DNA from: Trichosphaerium sp. ATCC 40318
Lineage: Eukaryota; Protista; Tubulinea
Reading direction: 5' to 3'
Length of the DNA stretch: 64,000 nucleotides
NCBI GenBank assembly: GCA_038496445.1
Contig: JALMLS010000416.1
Span: forward strand, 1-64,000
This document shows positions 23,395 to 37,917 of this stretch, in pieces. The position numbers were made by a program, and so were the translations under genes. The notes under the pieces are model-generated. The model saw only the letters and a program-made list of their open reading frames with translations, ran no database searches and was not told the DNA's origin. Numbering within the stretch: position 1 is the first letter of the stretch; each line of letters opens with the position of its first letter.

Positions 23395-26300
23395 TCAGAA
23401 ATCGAATTCACTAACATCAACATCCTGTACTGGCGTGTTAATCATATTCTCCTCTTCTTTCGATATCTTAGGTGCAGGTGGTTCCTCAAGTCTCTGAACA
23501 AAAGGAACAGTCCCTTGAGAGAATTCACCTTCCTTAGCTTGATTAGCAGCCTTGTTTCTCCTGGCTCGCATTTCAGCCAAAACTTCCTGTAAAAAGAAGA
23601 AAAAGTTAGAACAAGAAAAAAAAAAAAAAATCACTAAAAGAAACGTGTATCACGTGATTCTAAAAAAAATAATTTGGTTCCCACATAAACCAATAAAATA
23701 GAATCAATATTGTGTATATTATGAATAGTATACAGGTGATGTAATTCCTGCAAAGAACCAAAAAAAAAAATAGCAAAGATTTAGGATCGTACTTCTTGTG
23801 ATTTTTTAGGTGCCATTTCTTCATCTTCATCATCATAGTCATACTTAGGACGTTTAGGAGCGCGATACGCCTCTTCATCATCATCATCATTAATGAAACC
23901 ATCGTCATCATTTCTTCTCCGTTTCGATTTTTTCTTGGTCCCCATTTGACTTTCCTTTAACAAACATAGTGTTTCAGCAACAAAAAAAAAAATATGACAA
24001 CTTTTTGTTTTTACCTTTGACCGTTTAGCAAGTAGTTCCAACCTTACTTCTTCACTCTTCTGTTCGAGCATACGTGCAAGTTTGTATGTGACACTACCCT
24101 TTTCTTCATTTTTCAATTGTTCTTCCAACTATGTAACGAAGGGTTAAGACAGGGAAACAAAGACAAAAAAAAAAGAAAGACATACAAGTTTAGCTTGTTT
24201 AGCCTCTTCAATGCGTTGAGCCTCCTCCAACTTAGCTTTATGTTGTTCTTTAGCCTTTTGTTCTCGCTCTTCTGCTGCATCAAGCTTTTCTTGAGCAATC
24301 TTCGCTTGAGACTTCGAAGAATAAGTAACAAAGCCATCCAAAGAAGGAAAAAAGTCTAACATACCGCACAGATTTTAACCAATCTACCACATTTATTTGT
24401 ACTAAAACTACGCCCAGAAGATATATTCTGGAGCCTTTTAAAGATCCTAAAACATGAAGATAAGACACAGAATCTATAACCTGAATAATCCAACAAAAAA
24501 AATCGTCTTCATACCTCTCAGATGATAATAAATTATCCAAAGCCTTACGCAATTGAGCAATCCTTGCACGTTCATTTTTAATAGTAACACTACCCATTCT
24601 CCTCAATGCACAAGCGAGGTTATACCATAAATTATTATTCTCTGGTGAATACCGGACAGCCTTTAGAAAGAAAAGATTAGCAAACATTTTGTCATTCAAA
24701 AAAAAAAACTTCACGTGTTGTCTACAACAGCCAAAACATTCATGAAAACGGCAAAATATGAGAAATAAAGTCAATAGCTACCTTTGAAAGTGTATCACTA
24801 GCTTCTTGGAATCTACCGGCATCATAATACGCGCGTGCAAGCCAATTCATGACTTTAACATTATCACTTCTAAAGAACTTTTCTTGTGCCATTTGATACT
24901 ATTTCAATCGCATCAATAAAACACTGTACAAAGAAAATAATCATTACAACATACGTATCTAATAGCAGACTCAAAGTTACGTTGTTTTAGATACACATGA
25001 GCCAAGTTTATCCAAGCTTGTCCAATCTTAGAACTAGCCTCTCTAACTTGCATAAAAACACTCTTTGCAACATCAAGACGACCAGCAAGTGCATGCATAA
25101 TACCAATACTTAAAAAAAAGTTAGCACTCGTTTAACAAGAGCTCAATAACTCACCCATTTGCAGCATAGATATTCTTTGGATCACGCTCTAAAGTCCTCA
25201 TATAATAGTCGTTTGCAAAGCGTCTAAAACAGACCTTTGTCAGCGGATCATATAGGCATAAACGGTAAGTTATCCAGTAGACAATATATACCTGTATTTC
25301 TTTGTTTTCTCTCTATCATTCATTTTAGCTTGACGATAAATGTTTGCAAGTGAAAGTTGAGCATAGAGATCTTGTCTATCATTCTTGATTATGCGCTCAA
25401 AGCTCTCCTGTGCTCCCTTCCAGTTATGTCTAAGCATATGTAGGTTTCCGACTATTGTCCATGTACCCTATTTTCAAAAAACTGATGTGAATACTCACAA
25501 GTGTTTGGAAGAGAAAGAGAAAAATATATTTAATAAAATGGTGCTTTACCTTGTGCTCTTTATCAACGACTAACGTTTCTAAAAGCCACTCAGAAGCTTC
25601 CAAGTATTCACCTTTGGATATAGCCATACATCCAAGCCTTACATAGCCTATACCGTCATTCAGAAAAACTCAAAAAAACCAAAAAAAAACAGTGGGATGG
25701 CGTACAATCAACATATCCAGGATGATCCTTCAAAATCCCTTTGTACAAAACCTCAGCTTTCTTGAAGTCATTATTATCTTCATAAAGCCGTGCAATATTA
25801 TAAGTTGTAGTGACGTTAATAGCAGCAAATTGGTTATCATCACCAGTAACCTAGCAAAGATAAGCTTTTTACCAAAGTTCCTATTTTATCTAAGAAATAC
25901 CTTATATGTCTCGTTATACGCTGCTAAAGCACCTTCCATATCTCCAAGTTGATGCTTTAGTACACCTACGTTGTTGTGTATAGCTGTAGGTATAGTCCTC
26001 TGTCTTTTGTTCATAATAGCACAGGCACGTTCATAAGCTATTACACAAAGTCAAAAAAAAATTTTAAAAAAACATGTTCAAACCTTTTAACGCTTTGTCA
26101 TGGTCATTGTGTTGTATAACCTGAGCCCATTCTATCCATGTCTCCTCATCATCAGGTCGCATCTCCCTAGCTTTTCGCAAGTACTTCTCAGCTTCACCAA
26201 CACGCCCAGATCTAGCACAAAGTATACCAAGTAACTATAACCAAGTAAGTTAAAGTTAAAAATCCTGATCTTCGCCAACTTGTACCTTGAGTGCCTCAAA

Positions 26301-28052
26301 GTTATCTGGAGATAATGTGAGTACTTTTTCAAGGTGTCCCACAGCTCTATCATGTTCACCATTTAGAACGAAAACCTGAGCAAGCCTGAAATGAGGTAGA
26401 GAGTAATCTGACCAATGTTTAATAGACTGAAGATAAAATTTTCTGGCATTGCTGATGTTTCCCTATTTTAGGAAAACAATTAATACTTTCTTCACTTTCG
26501 CTTATAAACTTCACTGTTCACGTACAGATTTGTGTGCAGCTCTACCAACATAAAAACAAGCTTCAGCTTGGATTTCTTTTACAATTGTGTTGTGGAAAGC
26601 CCTCAAAGCGAATTGCTTTACCTACAGAACAAGTAATTAATAACTCAGCGATAAAGATATTTAAGCTTACTTTCTCATCTTCTCCTCGATGAAAAAATAC
26701 ATTAGCGAGGTGATTAAGAACAACAGAGTTCTCTGGATCAACACCAAAAGCGTCTTTGAATAAAGAAACAGCAATGGCTGTATTATCAGTGGAATACTTT
26801 GTATCGTTCAAAGTCATGATAGCTTTAACAGCCTACGACATGACATAAGTAAAAGATGCTAAAAAGTTTAAGAGCATGTTCATGACAAGTGTACCAATGC
26901 TGAGGCGCAATTTGGATCAAGTTTTATAGCCCTATCGAAACCAAGCTTAGCTAATTCTGGTTTATTAAGTTTATAGTAACACAATCCCATGCCAAGCCTC
27001 ACATTTCCTTTAAGAAAAAAATGAGAAAATCAATCCAGAAATTACAATCATTTAACATTTACTAAAACTTTACCTGGTGCGTTAGGACATAGCTTTAGAA
27101 CCTAGATAATCCGTAAACAACAAGAAAAGAAATATAGCGAGCAGTTGTAAGTGATAAATATACCTTAGAATAAGTCTTTAGAGCTTGACGATACTTTGTT
27201 TGTTTAAATTCAATAGTTGCTTTTCCCAACAAAGCAGGGATGTACTCAGGTGTCTTCTCAAGTATAGTATTGAATTGATCAAACGCTTGGTCCAAATTAT
27301 CCTTAAATAGATTACATACGCCTAAAATATCATTAAGAGGTCAAACTAAAACAAATAACAAGAATGCAACAACAAAAACAACAAAAAGCACAACAAAAAA
27401 AAATGGCAAAATGTCAACAAGATTGTGACACTTGTTGTCCATGTTACAAATACCTTTTCCCACCCACGTAATCTCTTCATGGAAATTAATTTTATCTGCT
27501 TGATTGTACAATTGCGTTGCCTTTAGTATAAGTGTAAGCGGAGGGTGACGTTTTGAGGAAAATTCTTTTCAAAAAAAAGTTTAGTGCCTGTGTAAATAAC
27601 TCAGTTCTGTTTTTATCATCGCTCTCGTGTGCTGCTTCCCTTAGGTAATGGGCAGCCAACGCATTAAGCAAAGCAATACGTTCTGTTTTGTCGTTTGCGT
27701 AATGTTTGTTTATTTCTTCGTTTCACGTCAGTACGTAGCGTAGTATAGCGTTATGAAGCGTACTTTCTGATTTTTCTTTGGTAATTGATTGTATAGTTTG
27801 TTTAAACGCGCTAATCTTGCCAAGTTTATAGTACGCTACCTGCAGCCATTGGGTGTCAGTTAAATAACAATACGCCAAAAAAAGTGCGTTGCGCACCGCC
27901 GCTTGTAGCCAAACGTCTAAAGGCGCTAATTCATTCTTCAGAGCGACTATTAAATCATCTGGTGGGTCTGGAAGGTCGTCAAGCGGGATCTCAATGACCT
28001 CTGAAGAGTCGTTGATAGGTATAGTAAGTACACCCGTGTCCATTGCGGTCAT
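23395..28052 (-). CDS. CTR9: RNA polymerase II-associated Paf1 complex subunit Ctr9 (TPR protein)
   Basis: N-terminus TIPINDSSEVIEIPLDDLP..LKNELAPLDVW..AYY. Many TPR exons, NIYAANG|IG..FMQVREA..AWINLAHVY, and a charged tail. Confidence 0.93.
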
Positions 28053-28336
28053 TTTGCAATAATTCTACGTTGAAAAGTTATAACTTATTCGTCTGTCACC
28101 GGGAGTACAATCAAGAAGCTACAGCGGCCAAAACGGAGACAACGCGAAGGTGAAAAGGCAAGTCAGGGTTTTACAAGCACGTTATTTTCAAACGCCATTG
28201 TGAAGTTTTTTTGCCCACTTGACTTTTTGTATTTTTCGCTCGATTTTCTTCGGTTTTATTCCACATTACTGACATCGCCGGATCTCTATCTGCCCTTTTT
28301 TTTAGCGGACTATAAACATAAATACAAATAAAAACA

Positions 28337-29088
28337 ATGGATCTCAAGAAAGGACAACAATATCAAGAAGGACCTGGTGAATCTGGTTTCCACCGTATCA
28401 GAATTACTCTTACATCAACCAACGTCACTAATTTGGAGAAAGGTACGCTATTAGCTCATCTCGCTCAAAAACACCTCAATCGGCTTAATTTGAGCGTAAA
28501 CTATGCAATATAGTCATTAAACAACCCGTAGTCTCAAACGATTTGATTCGTGGTGCCAAAGACCAACGTTTGAAGGTTCGTGGACCAGTCCGTCTCCCAA
28601 CCAAAGTTTTGCGCTTGACTACGCGTAAATCGCCATGTGGTGAAGGTACGATACTGTAATGATAATTTCACACTTGCGATACTGGAAACACACTTTCTTC
28701 GCTCCCTATGATCAAACTATAACAACGAAAGAGTCCCTCGCTTCTGTTTTTTTCAATTGATTGTACGAGAAAAAACAAACGCTCAATTCTTTGTACAGGT
28801 ACCAACACCTGGCACAGATTCCAAATGCGCATTCACAAGCGTATTATCGATTTACACAGCTCCTCCGATGTAGTGAGACAAATTGTACGTGTGACACGCA
28901 CCATTATTTTGTTCAATTCGCTTTTTCTCTTTCACGATAAACAAAAAAAGTTTACACGTCTTGGCGCCTTTGTAATTAATTCTAATATCACGTTTTAGAC
29001 TTCTATCAGCATTGAGCCTGGTGTACAAGTTGAGGTCACAATTGAAGACGACAAAGATTCTGTCCCAGAAGGAAAAGATGCCCAATAA
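28337..29088 (+). CDS. RPS20: 40S ribosomal protein S20 (uS10), 4 exons
   Basis: [12 protein letters not shown]|[23 protein letters not shown]|[18 protein letters not shown]..|[15 protein letters not shown]. Confidence 0.97.
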
Positions 29089-29533
29089 ACGATTGTAGTA
29101 TTTTGAAACAAAAACGAGAGAAAAGAAATTGTTGCATAGAACTCAAAAAAAAAAACCGAGCCTCGGTCTGTTATTAACTGGCCGATCATGTAAAAAAAAC
29201 AACGCAATCGCTTGTTTTTTACGCAAAATGCTTTTTTTTTGTTGAAATACAACATTTAGCCGCAAAAATGTGAAGTATCTTGTCATTTTCTCATTGTAAG
29301 GTAACGAGAGTGGCATGAAAGCCTTGCGAGACGTTTTTATGCTCATTGCGACAGTTCAAAATGGTCATGTTTGACTTTGTAAAACCGTGAAAGTTGTTGG
29401 GAAGAAAGTTAGAATTTTTCTTTGTAGGCTATTTTCTCTTTGAAGGAAGACGGCAATTCTAACCACGGGGAATTTCCTCGTGTATTTTTTTAAACAGTTT
29501 ATAAGTAAAAACAAGCAATAAACCATACAAAAC

Positions 29534-32277
29534 ATGTCTGACAAAAAAGACGGTACGACCTTATTGTAATTCCACAACGTATCTGCTGATGGCATATCTT
29601 TCTTTTTTAACGCGCTGACGTTACGTAGAAGGCACAGGCACCAGATCGATGGTAAATATCCAAGAACTGGTTAGCAAACGTACGTGGTATTGTGTTTTAC
29701 GTCATATTTTGTTTGTTTGCCGTATTTTTCCAAACGTGTGAAAGCGTAAAGTACAGTAAAAAAAAAATTCGTTTTTGGTTGCCACGCTCTGTTACACCTG
29801 GGAAGTCTCACATATACACGCTAGGCTCCGCCAATTCTGATGCTCCAACCAGCTGGGCCGACCAAGAAGAAGATGTTGATCAACGTACGCTCAATAGCTG
29901 AGAAAGCCTATTCTACGCATAAACCAACCGTTTATACGAGTGATGGCTGTATTTGAAAATAATTATTGGTCTAACTGTCTTTAAGAGCCTCAACAAGCAA
30001 AGAAATCAGCATGGGGATCTGTACCAGAAGTAAAACCAGAAAGTACGTTATAGCTTTCTTGACAGCACAATACGTCTCTAAGTCATCTATAGAGATTGAA
30101 CTTGCACCTGTACAGTGGCCTGGAGAAAAAGACGCCAGGTAGGAACATTTACAAACGATTTATTCGTCAGTCTTTCACAAATTATTACAAAACACCATTT
30201 TTTATTTTCCTTCTCTTGTCCACTTTCATACAAACCAATAATGTCTTAGCAATGCCCCATCTGGTGACATTCGCCAACGCGGTGGAGACGGCACCTACAG
30301 CGCACCTCGTGGCGGTGATCGTGGCGGTTACGGAGGAGACCGTTATGGCGGTGATCGTGGCGGTTACGGTGGAGACCGTGGTGGTTACGGCGGTGATCGT
30401 GGCGGTGACCGTTATGGAGGAGACCGTGGCGGCTACGGCGATCGTGGTGGCGACCGTTATGGTGACCGTGGCGGATACGGTGGAGACCGTGGTGGCTACG
30501 GCGGTGATCGTGGTGGCGACCGTTATGGCGACCGTGGTGGATACGGTGGGGATCGCGGTGGCTACGGCGGTGACCGCGGTGGTGATCGCTATGGTGACCG
30601 TGGTGGTGACCGTGGAGGTTTTGGTGGAGACCGTGGTGGTTACGGTGGAGGGTATGATAATTACGACACATATAATGATCGCTATGCACAACCTCGACGA
30701 GGAGGCTATGGATATGGAAGGCATTGAACTCGAAAGTTCATTAAAATCAAACAAACCATAATTTTTTGAAAAAAAATCAATTCGCTGCCATTTTCTTCTT
30801 GATTTGTATATTTATTGTTTTTTTGTGAAATTCCTTTTTCTTTTATTCTCCTGTCATTGATTTTATATTTAGAAGAGATCCTATTGCTCGTGACCCACCT
30901 GTATTCCCTACAGAAGGTCCATGGAAGTGTTATGTTGGTAATGTATCATACGACGCACTTGAAAGTGATATAGATCAAATGTTTGGCGAATTAAATGTCA
31001 AAGAAGTACAATTGATCAAGTACCCGGACGGCCGCTCTCGTGGCTTTGCTTACATTGAATTCAACGATTTGGATTCTCTAAAGTCTGCTGTAAATGATTA
31101 TCATGGAAGGGTATGTGCCAAAAGCTCACATTTTTTAAGAGTGTCAAAAGACCATCTATCGAAAAACGTTTTTTTCTTTTTGACACTTAATTTTTTTTTT
31201 CGTTTGGACAACCTTTGTTTCAGTTATTCTCCTTCTCAGTGGTTTTCTTTTCTTGTCGTTGCTTGTGTATGTACTCACTGTATTTTATATAGAATCTACT
31301 CGATCGTGCTATAAAGGTCGATGTTGCTACAGCACAACGCCGTACATCCTCATACGGAGGATTTGGTGGAAGAAGCCGTTATGGAGACCGTGAAGGTGGT
31401 TCCGGATACGGTGGTTCTAGATATGGTGATAGAGGTGATAGAGAGGACAGATATGGTTCTCGCGATAGATACGCTTCTCGTTACGACACTGCTGGAGAAA
31501 GTGAAGGTGGATGGGTGCGAACTTGTTATTTTTTTTTTTGAATGAAAAGAAAATGATTTGCTTTGTTAACAAGTTTGACTTGTATTTACTTTTTCTTTAG
31601 CGTAGCAGACCAGCTCGTGCCACTGAAGACGAGCCTCCAAGAGAGAGACCAAAGCTTAACTTACAACCACGCACAAAAGCTGCACCAACTTCAACTGCAT
31701 CTAAACCAGCGTCATCACCAAGCAAGTCTTCTCCTTTTGGTAACGCCAAACCTGTCGATATTGCAGCAAAGCAAAGACAACGTGAAGAGGAAGCAATGAA
31801 GAGAGCAGAAGAGAGACTAAAGAAGCAAGCTGAAGCAAACGTAGAGAAACCTGCTGAGAAGAAAGAAGAAAAGAAGAGCATTTGGGGTAGCAACAAAAGC
31901 CGAGGATACGGAGACCGTGGAGACCGCGGAGACCGTGGAGATCGTAGAGATAACCGTGGATACGGTGATCGTGGCTATGGCGACCGTGGAGATCGTGGAG
32001 ATCGTGGTCAACGCAGTTACGGCCGTGGCGGATACGGTGGTGACCGTTCAAGAGGTGGTGATTCATGGAGACGTGGTACGTTTTTTTTGTTCGTTTTTTT
32101 TTTGGATTTTTGGTTGTCGAAGTCCTTTGTTTCTTACGTCGTTGCTTAGGTGATCGTGATGGTCCTCCACCTTCTAACAGAAGCACTTCAACAAAATCAA
32201 AAGCTCCAGCGAAGAAACAACCGGCAAAGAAATCATCAGCCAACACCAACAGCTTCGCAGTTTTAGCAAACCATTAA
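29534..32277 (+). CDS. EIF4B: Translation initiation factor eIF4B-like RRM protein with RGG/DRYG repeats
   Basis: SWADQEED motif, then an RRM ([22 protein letters not shown]). Also [20 protein letters not shown] and C-terminal NSFAVL, with extensive GGDRGGY repeats. Confidence 0.85.
30280..30655 (+). repeat. Coding low-complexity repeat ([12 protein letters not shown])n in eIF4B
   Basis: Repeats such as ggcggtgatcgtggcggttac. They explain the overlapping shadow ORFs at 30096-30761. Confidence 0.9.
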
Positions 32278-32689
32278 AAAGAAAAGAGGAAATTTTTATT
32301 TGTTTTTCCTTGTTAAATAAAAACTAAAGTTACTGTGTTAAATGTTGTTTGTTTGTTCGTATAATATATTGGTGCCCATAAGTGACAACAGTCAATGACT
32401 TATTGTAACCAACTGTAGTGTGAAGCGAATTTACAACGTACTTACGCTTTGGGATCATAGATAGTCTGTGCACAAACTATCTAATACGGATTTCTGTTGA
32501 TATCTAAGCGAACGCTACGTATGTACGTCACGTGATAGGTACAAAAAAAAGGGTAACAAATATTTAATGACTTCAAACATAGGTTCACCCCACTCACATG
32601 TGGAAGAATGCCACTTTTTTTTAATATTAATGTGCATTTTCTGTTATTTTACGAACTTTGCAAATAGCTGTGCGAAACCAAAGTACTAT

Positions 32690-34371
32690 TACGCTGTAGC
32701 TAAAGACGATGGAAGGGATAAAACCAGGTCTGTATCAGTGACAAATCTAACAAGGCGGGTTAACTGATGCAATCAAAACAGTCGAAAATGAATGGGGGAG
32801 TTCAGGTTGAAAAAAAGATGCAAACAAATACGTACTCAATCTGACTCTCATAGAAGTCGATTGATGTTGTAACAAAGTAAACAAATGCTTTTGAATAAGC
32901 CAAGAGGTGTTTTGTTGCTAATGATACTACTGTTTCAACAGTTTTGTTCTGTTCTATCTTTTTCTTATCGTAGTGATCTTCTTTGGTTATCAAGAATGAT
33001 GTGCTATTCAGAATACCTTCCATAGAGTTCATATTAGTAAAATATTTATGAGTGGTGGTTGATTGGTGTTGTTAAATAAAATGGTAAGACATTTATTGAT
33101 TGATTAATAGTTTTCTTATGTTCAATCAATAATTGAAAACATACTTCAGAAATAGTCTGCCGTTCGCCTTGAGGTGGATTTCCTTTTTATAGTTAACCAA
33201 CGAGATCATTGATACTTTAAGTGGGGCCACAGTCGCTGATGATGTGCAACAGATCAAACGGATTAACTGAAACACTTACAACAGGAAATTATTTCACCCT
33301 TTGCTAGCGTTTAATGTACACATGTTATAATTCCACAAGTCAAAAGTTTATTACATTCTACATGCACAAATACTTCAGAAACAATGTTACTTTTGTCGCT
33401 GAATTCGAAGCCAGTAGGTAATCTAGTTTCTTTGCATTTACGTTTTTCAACCAAGCAAGTTTTAAACAATCTAGACAAGAAGGTCGTAGCTCAGGTTGAG
33501 GTGTCAACAACTTTTTGATAAACAATTGTTGGGGTATTCTCAGTTTAGCACCCAAAATCATTTCTTTTTCACCACGGCTTATTGCACTCATTTCTGTAAT
33601 ACTTCTTTGTTGTGGAGGATGTAATCTAGTTAGTAGGTTAAACGTCAACAAACCTACACCCCATATATCAAATTTTGTATCACGTGCACTTGTGAACGCT
33701 TCAGGCGCAGCGTACTAGATGTTGTTCAGAAAAGTATAAATACTGACTATTGGGTTACCTCAAATGTGCCATTTATATCACCTGGAGTAGCCAATTGTGC
33801 TTCTGATACTGTGAGAGACAGCCCAAAATCTGCAAGTTTAATGTATCCGTCATATCCAATGAGAATGTTCTCAGGTTTAATATCATGATGGATCATTCCA
33901 GTGTTGTGTAAGATTACAAGCCCTTGGAGGACTTGTACAATGATATTCTTTACTATGGGTATTGGTATATACCTTCGTCTTTCTATGAGCCGCATTATAT
34001 CACAACTACATCTCTCCAAGACGAAAATAGGAGAACCTTCAGTAAATGTAAAACTTTCAGAAAGTAACATACAAATTATTAGTCTTGGCTTTCTTTTTTT
34101 TTGACGTACCTTGGTGAAGGAAGCATGAATCTAATAAAATTATGTTCTTGTGTTGTAATTTTTGTAGTATTTGAAGTTCTCGAAGAACAAACTCTCGAGG
34201 ATGATCATGTTTAAACACTTTTAAAGCAACTTTTTTATTCTTTTTAAGGCATTTTGCACCTAATATTGTAGCACTACTTCCTTTACCAAGAGTTCGAGAG
34301 AGCTTGTAGTATGACAAATGGGCTTCGTTGTATGAGCTCTGAATGCTAAAATATTCTTCAAAGGCAGACAT
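32690..34371 (-). CDS. Ser/Thr protein kinase with C-terminal extension (3' end uncertain)
   Basis: [28 protein letters not shown]|[19 protein letters not shown]. Confidence 0.85.
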
Positions 34372-34930
34372 GATGCAAAGTATAGTTGGAAACTTAGTTT
34401 TCCCAATTGTTGTCTACTACTATTTTAGTTCACTTAAACAATTATGCGACAGTAGAACGTCGCATCACGTCAGCACCATATAAGAACTCAATACACCTTA
34501 TATATACGCGCTGGCCACAGAGGAACACGGTATGAACAGAGGATGAGACTTGGGACAACAACTAATCCTACAACTTCGGGTTTTTTGGGGTTTGAAGACA
34601 AATAGTTTATTCTTTATATTTAGATTACACGATACTCTTATGGATAATACAACACTCTACGCCATTTGTCTTTGATGTATACCACTTTTGCTGGAAGCAT
34701 GACTTCATTGAATTGATTACTTACAGATGAAACGACACGTGACGTTTTATGATCTCAAATGTTATAATAGCCTGTGTAAACACATACCTATAACAGCAAC
34801 AAAAAGGGAGCCACGTCACTTTCCGTTTTGCCCTTTTCGCAATCAAGGAAAATGGTTACAACCATGTGAAAATATTACAGTTTGCATTGCGAACAAAGGT
34901 AGTTAAACTAATGACTAACAAAACATCTAA

Positions 34931-37917
34931 TTACGGTTTATTTCTGACACTACAAAAGGGTTTTTTATACTGAAAGGCTATAAGGACTGCTGGATTATTA
35001 GCTTTCTTTTTTAGAAGAACGCAAGTAGCAACCCAAAGAAGAACACCAGACCAAGGTTGGCTACAAAGATGATGTAAGTTTACAGTATCTGAAAAACTAG
35101 TATTTGTACCAAGAGACACTGCATGAGAATTTTGGCCTCTTAAAGCTGTATCTTCGGAGGTTACGCCTGAAACAAAACATAAGAAAAAAAAAGGAACAGG
35201 TGACATGTTTACCAAAGAGAGAAAAGCATAAATCAGCTCCCGGTGCGTCGTAGCAGTTGTTTCCATCTGTCCATGATCTGCAAGTATTTTTCTTGCCCAA
35301 AAATATGTTTTGAGTGTCTTGCCATTGGAACTTGAATCCATTTGAAGTAGAGCTCTCTCTCCAAAAGAATTGGTTGCCTTCGTTTCCATACGATACAAAA
35401 GGAAGAACGTGAACCCAATAGCGCCCTAACATTGTAAGAACATAGAAAAAATCCCTTGGCTGTTTTCTGGGTGGTTTGTTTGGATTTGTTGAAGTATCAC
35501 GTGCCTGGGGTTAGAACACAATCATCTTCAGGTAGGAATAGAGACATTACATCATCAGTATCAGGAGCAAGAATTTGTGCATTATCTTCTCTACAAACGA
35601 CTGTTCCAGGTTTACCTGAAAATTGAAATGTCAGCTAATGTTAGGGTATGCTGAGAGGCTTTTTCTGTTCTGTACCTCTGTTGTTATTGTATATAAGCAC
35701 AGAAACACTATCGATATCAATATTTGAGTTTTGTGGCTCAAAGCGACCTTCGACTGTAACAATTTTGATTCTCCATTTAATATCTATTCTCAGTTTTAGT
35801 ATTGTATGTCACGTGATTTGTTGGAATTACCATTTGGAACTACAAAATCATCAGAGGCGTCGCCACCACCATTAAAGTCAGGAAAGTATTGTGCAGGGAA
35901 TCTATTCGTCAAGCAACTTTGGCGTTGATCAAAAAGAACATGTGGAGCCACCTAAAGATTTTATCAATTGACATCCTATTACCTAAACAATTCGTACTGG
36001 AGTAGGTGCATCAGTTGGTGGAACAGGAGGCCTTCCTGTTGAAGGAGTAGGTGTGGCAGTTGCTTCAGTTGGAGCGGCGGTTGGAGGCGGAGGCGGAGGA
36101 GGAGTTGCCTAGAGAGGTGTTGTGTTAACACTTAAACAGACGCATCAACAACTTACACCACCAGTTGTAAACGCCAAGTTAGCACAAGACTCGGAATCTT
36201 CAATGTGCGCTCGAATAACTTGATTTACACGTTCACTCCTATGTATTGTATTTAGGACCCAACGATTAAACAAACAACAACGTACTGGAATCCATGTTTT
36301 CCTACTTCTCCCATGACTAATGCAAGTTGGCAGTAGGACCAACAAGGTGACTTGTTGAGAGGTCCTGAGCCAATAACACAGTAACTCATACAAACACCTA
36401 CAAATAAATGTTCACCTCACTGTACTCACAAGATTAGACGCACCTGCATCTGGAGGTACTGGACCATAGTTTCCGCAATTATCTATAACAGGAGAAAACT
36501 GTTTGGTGTCATGAGTATGTTGAGCTCCTAACAAATGACCAACCTAGCAGTATTAGAATAAACACCATACATAAAAAGAAATATTCAATTCAAAAAAAAT
36601 ATCATTTATCATACTTCGTGGGCGATAATGTATGGATCATGAATAGCGTCAAACTCGTCTGTACCGTATGTACCAGAAATACCAGCTTCACAGAACCTGA
36701 ATTGATCACATAGGCCACCTAAACAAATAAGAAATTGGCGTCAAGCAGAGAATGCTTACCAACTCTTTGAGCAAATCCACCAGCTCTTCCACCTCTGAGT
36801 GCAACGCCAAAATTGAACTCGAGATTTGGGAAGTTACGTTCGATATATCCTTTCATAGACGAAGAACTTCCTGCGCCAAAAGAACTTATTCCGAGTTGAA
36901 CAACATCAATTGTTGCAAAGAAATCTCGTTCATACATAGCAGATACCTAAAAATAGAAATTAAAAAAGAAACCTTCCAGCACGTGCTGTGTTTGATGATA
37001 TTAAAAGAAGCGGTGAAAAAACTCAACCTGCTTGTTATTTGCTTTTCGCGTACCACACCAATAATGGTCATCATGTAATCACGTGCTTCGGCATCGCTAT
37101 TAAATTCGTTTCTGAATCTACTATCAGTTTCAAATGCGCCTTTCAGGGAATATGTCTTTCCGTTGGTTGTTGACAACCCGTTACTCTCTACAGCACGCTT
37201 TCCAGTAGGATGAAAACGAGTCAAATCAGGTTCAGGGATATCAGAATGATGATCGGTAGAGCAAGAGTGGTCAACGACTTCATCGTGAACATTTCCTTTT
37301 AGCTCCCCCAATTCAAGAGTATCTGTAAATTGCACATGGTGATGGTCTCCGTTAGACCAATGCACCATGCCCTTAAAAAGGGCTCCAGCGTTAACAGTGA
37401 CTACCTGCCAAAAAACATCAATACATGAAAAGCAATTGTTAAGTGAAGTGACAAATTATCTCCTAAAAAACCCATACCACTATACTTTTTTGGTCATTCG
37501 AAACGTGGCCTGTATACACCGTAGCCTGAGGACCTAGATCACTGGCTTCTTTTCCCTTAACATAAACTAGAAACTAGTAAGCTAGCGAAACTAAGATTCA
37601 CAATACCGCGGGGTGTTGACATATGTTTCTTCAAAACAAACTGTAAATCTGGCTCATTTTCATCGTGGTGACGAACACCATACACGTTGAAAGCAATACT
37701 AATTTACATTAAAATTGGTACCCCAGATTTTACCACAAAGGAGAGCTACGCCCAAGAAAGGCTGAAATACGTACCCTGCTTCTACTGAACGTTTGTTGCT
37801 ATGAGATCCAAGAATGAAATCTTTAGCATGGATACGCAAGAGACCAGGATTGGAAGAAGCTGATACAACATATGCTAAGAATACAATCCATAGAAGGTAC
37901 TGCTGAACGCGAACCAT
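34931..37917 (-). CDS. Secreted metzincin (reprolysin/M12B-like) zinc metalloprotease with prodomain, Pro-rich linker and C-terminal domain
   Basis: Signal peptide MVRVQQYLLWIVFLAYVVSA and a cysteine-switch-like HSCST. The split zinc site HE|VGHLLGAQH fits HEXXHXXGXXH, followed by Met-turn CMSYC. PPPPPPT linker at 36000-36110. Confidence 0.85.

Noticed and set aside
28647-28798. Intronic snoRNA in RPS20
   Set aside because: The intron is longish and has a weak C-box-like ATGATAA, but no canonical D box (CTGA) or clear H/ACA structure.
30096-30761. Val/Thr-rich and His-rich ORFs (221, 189 and 147 aa)
   Set aside because: These are shadow frames of the eIF4B Gly-Arg-Asp-Tyr repeat.
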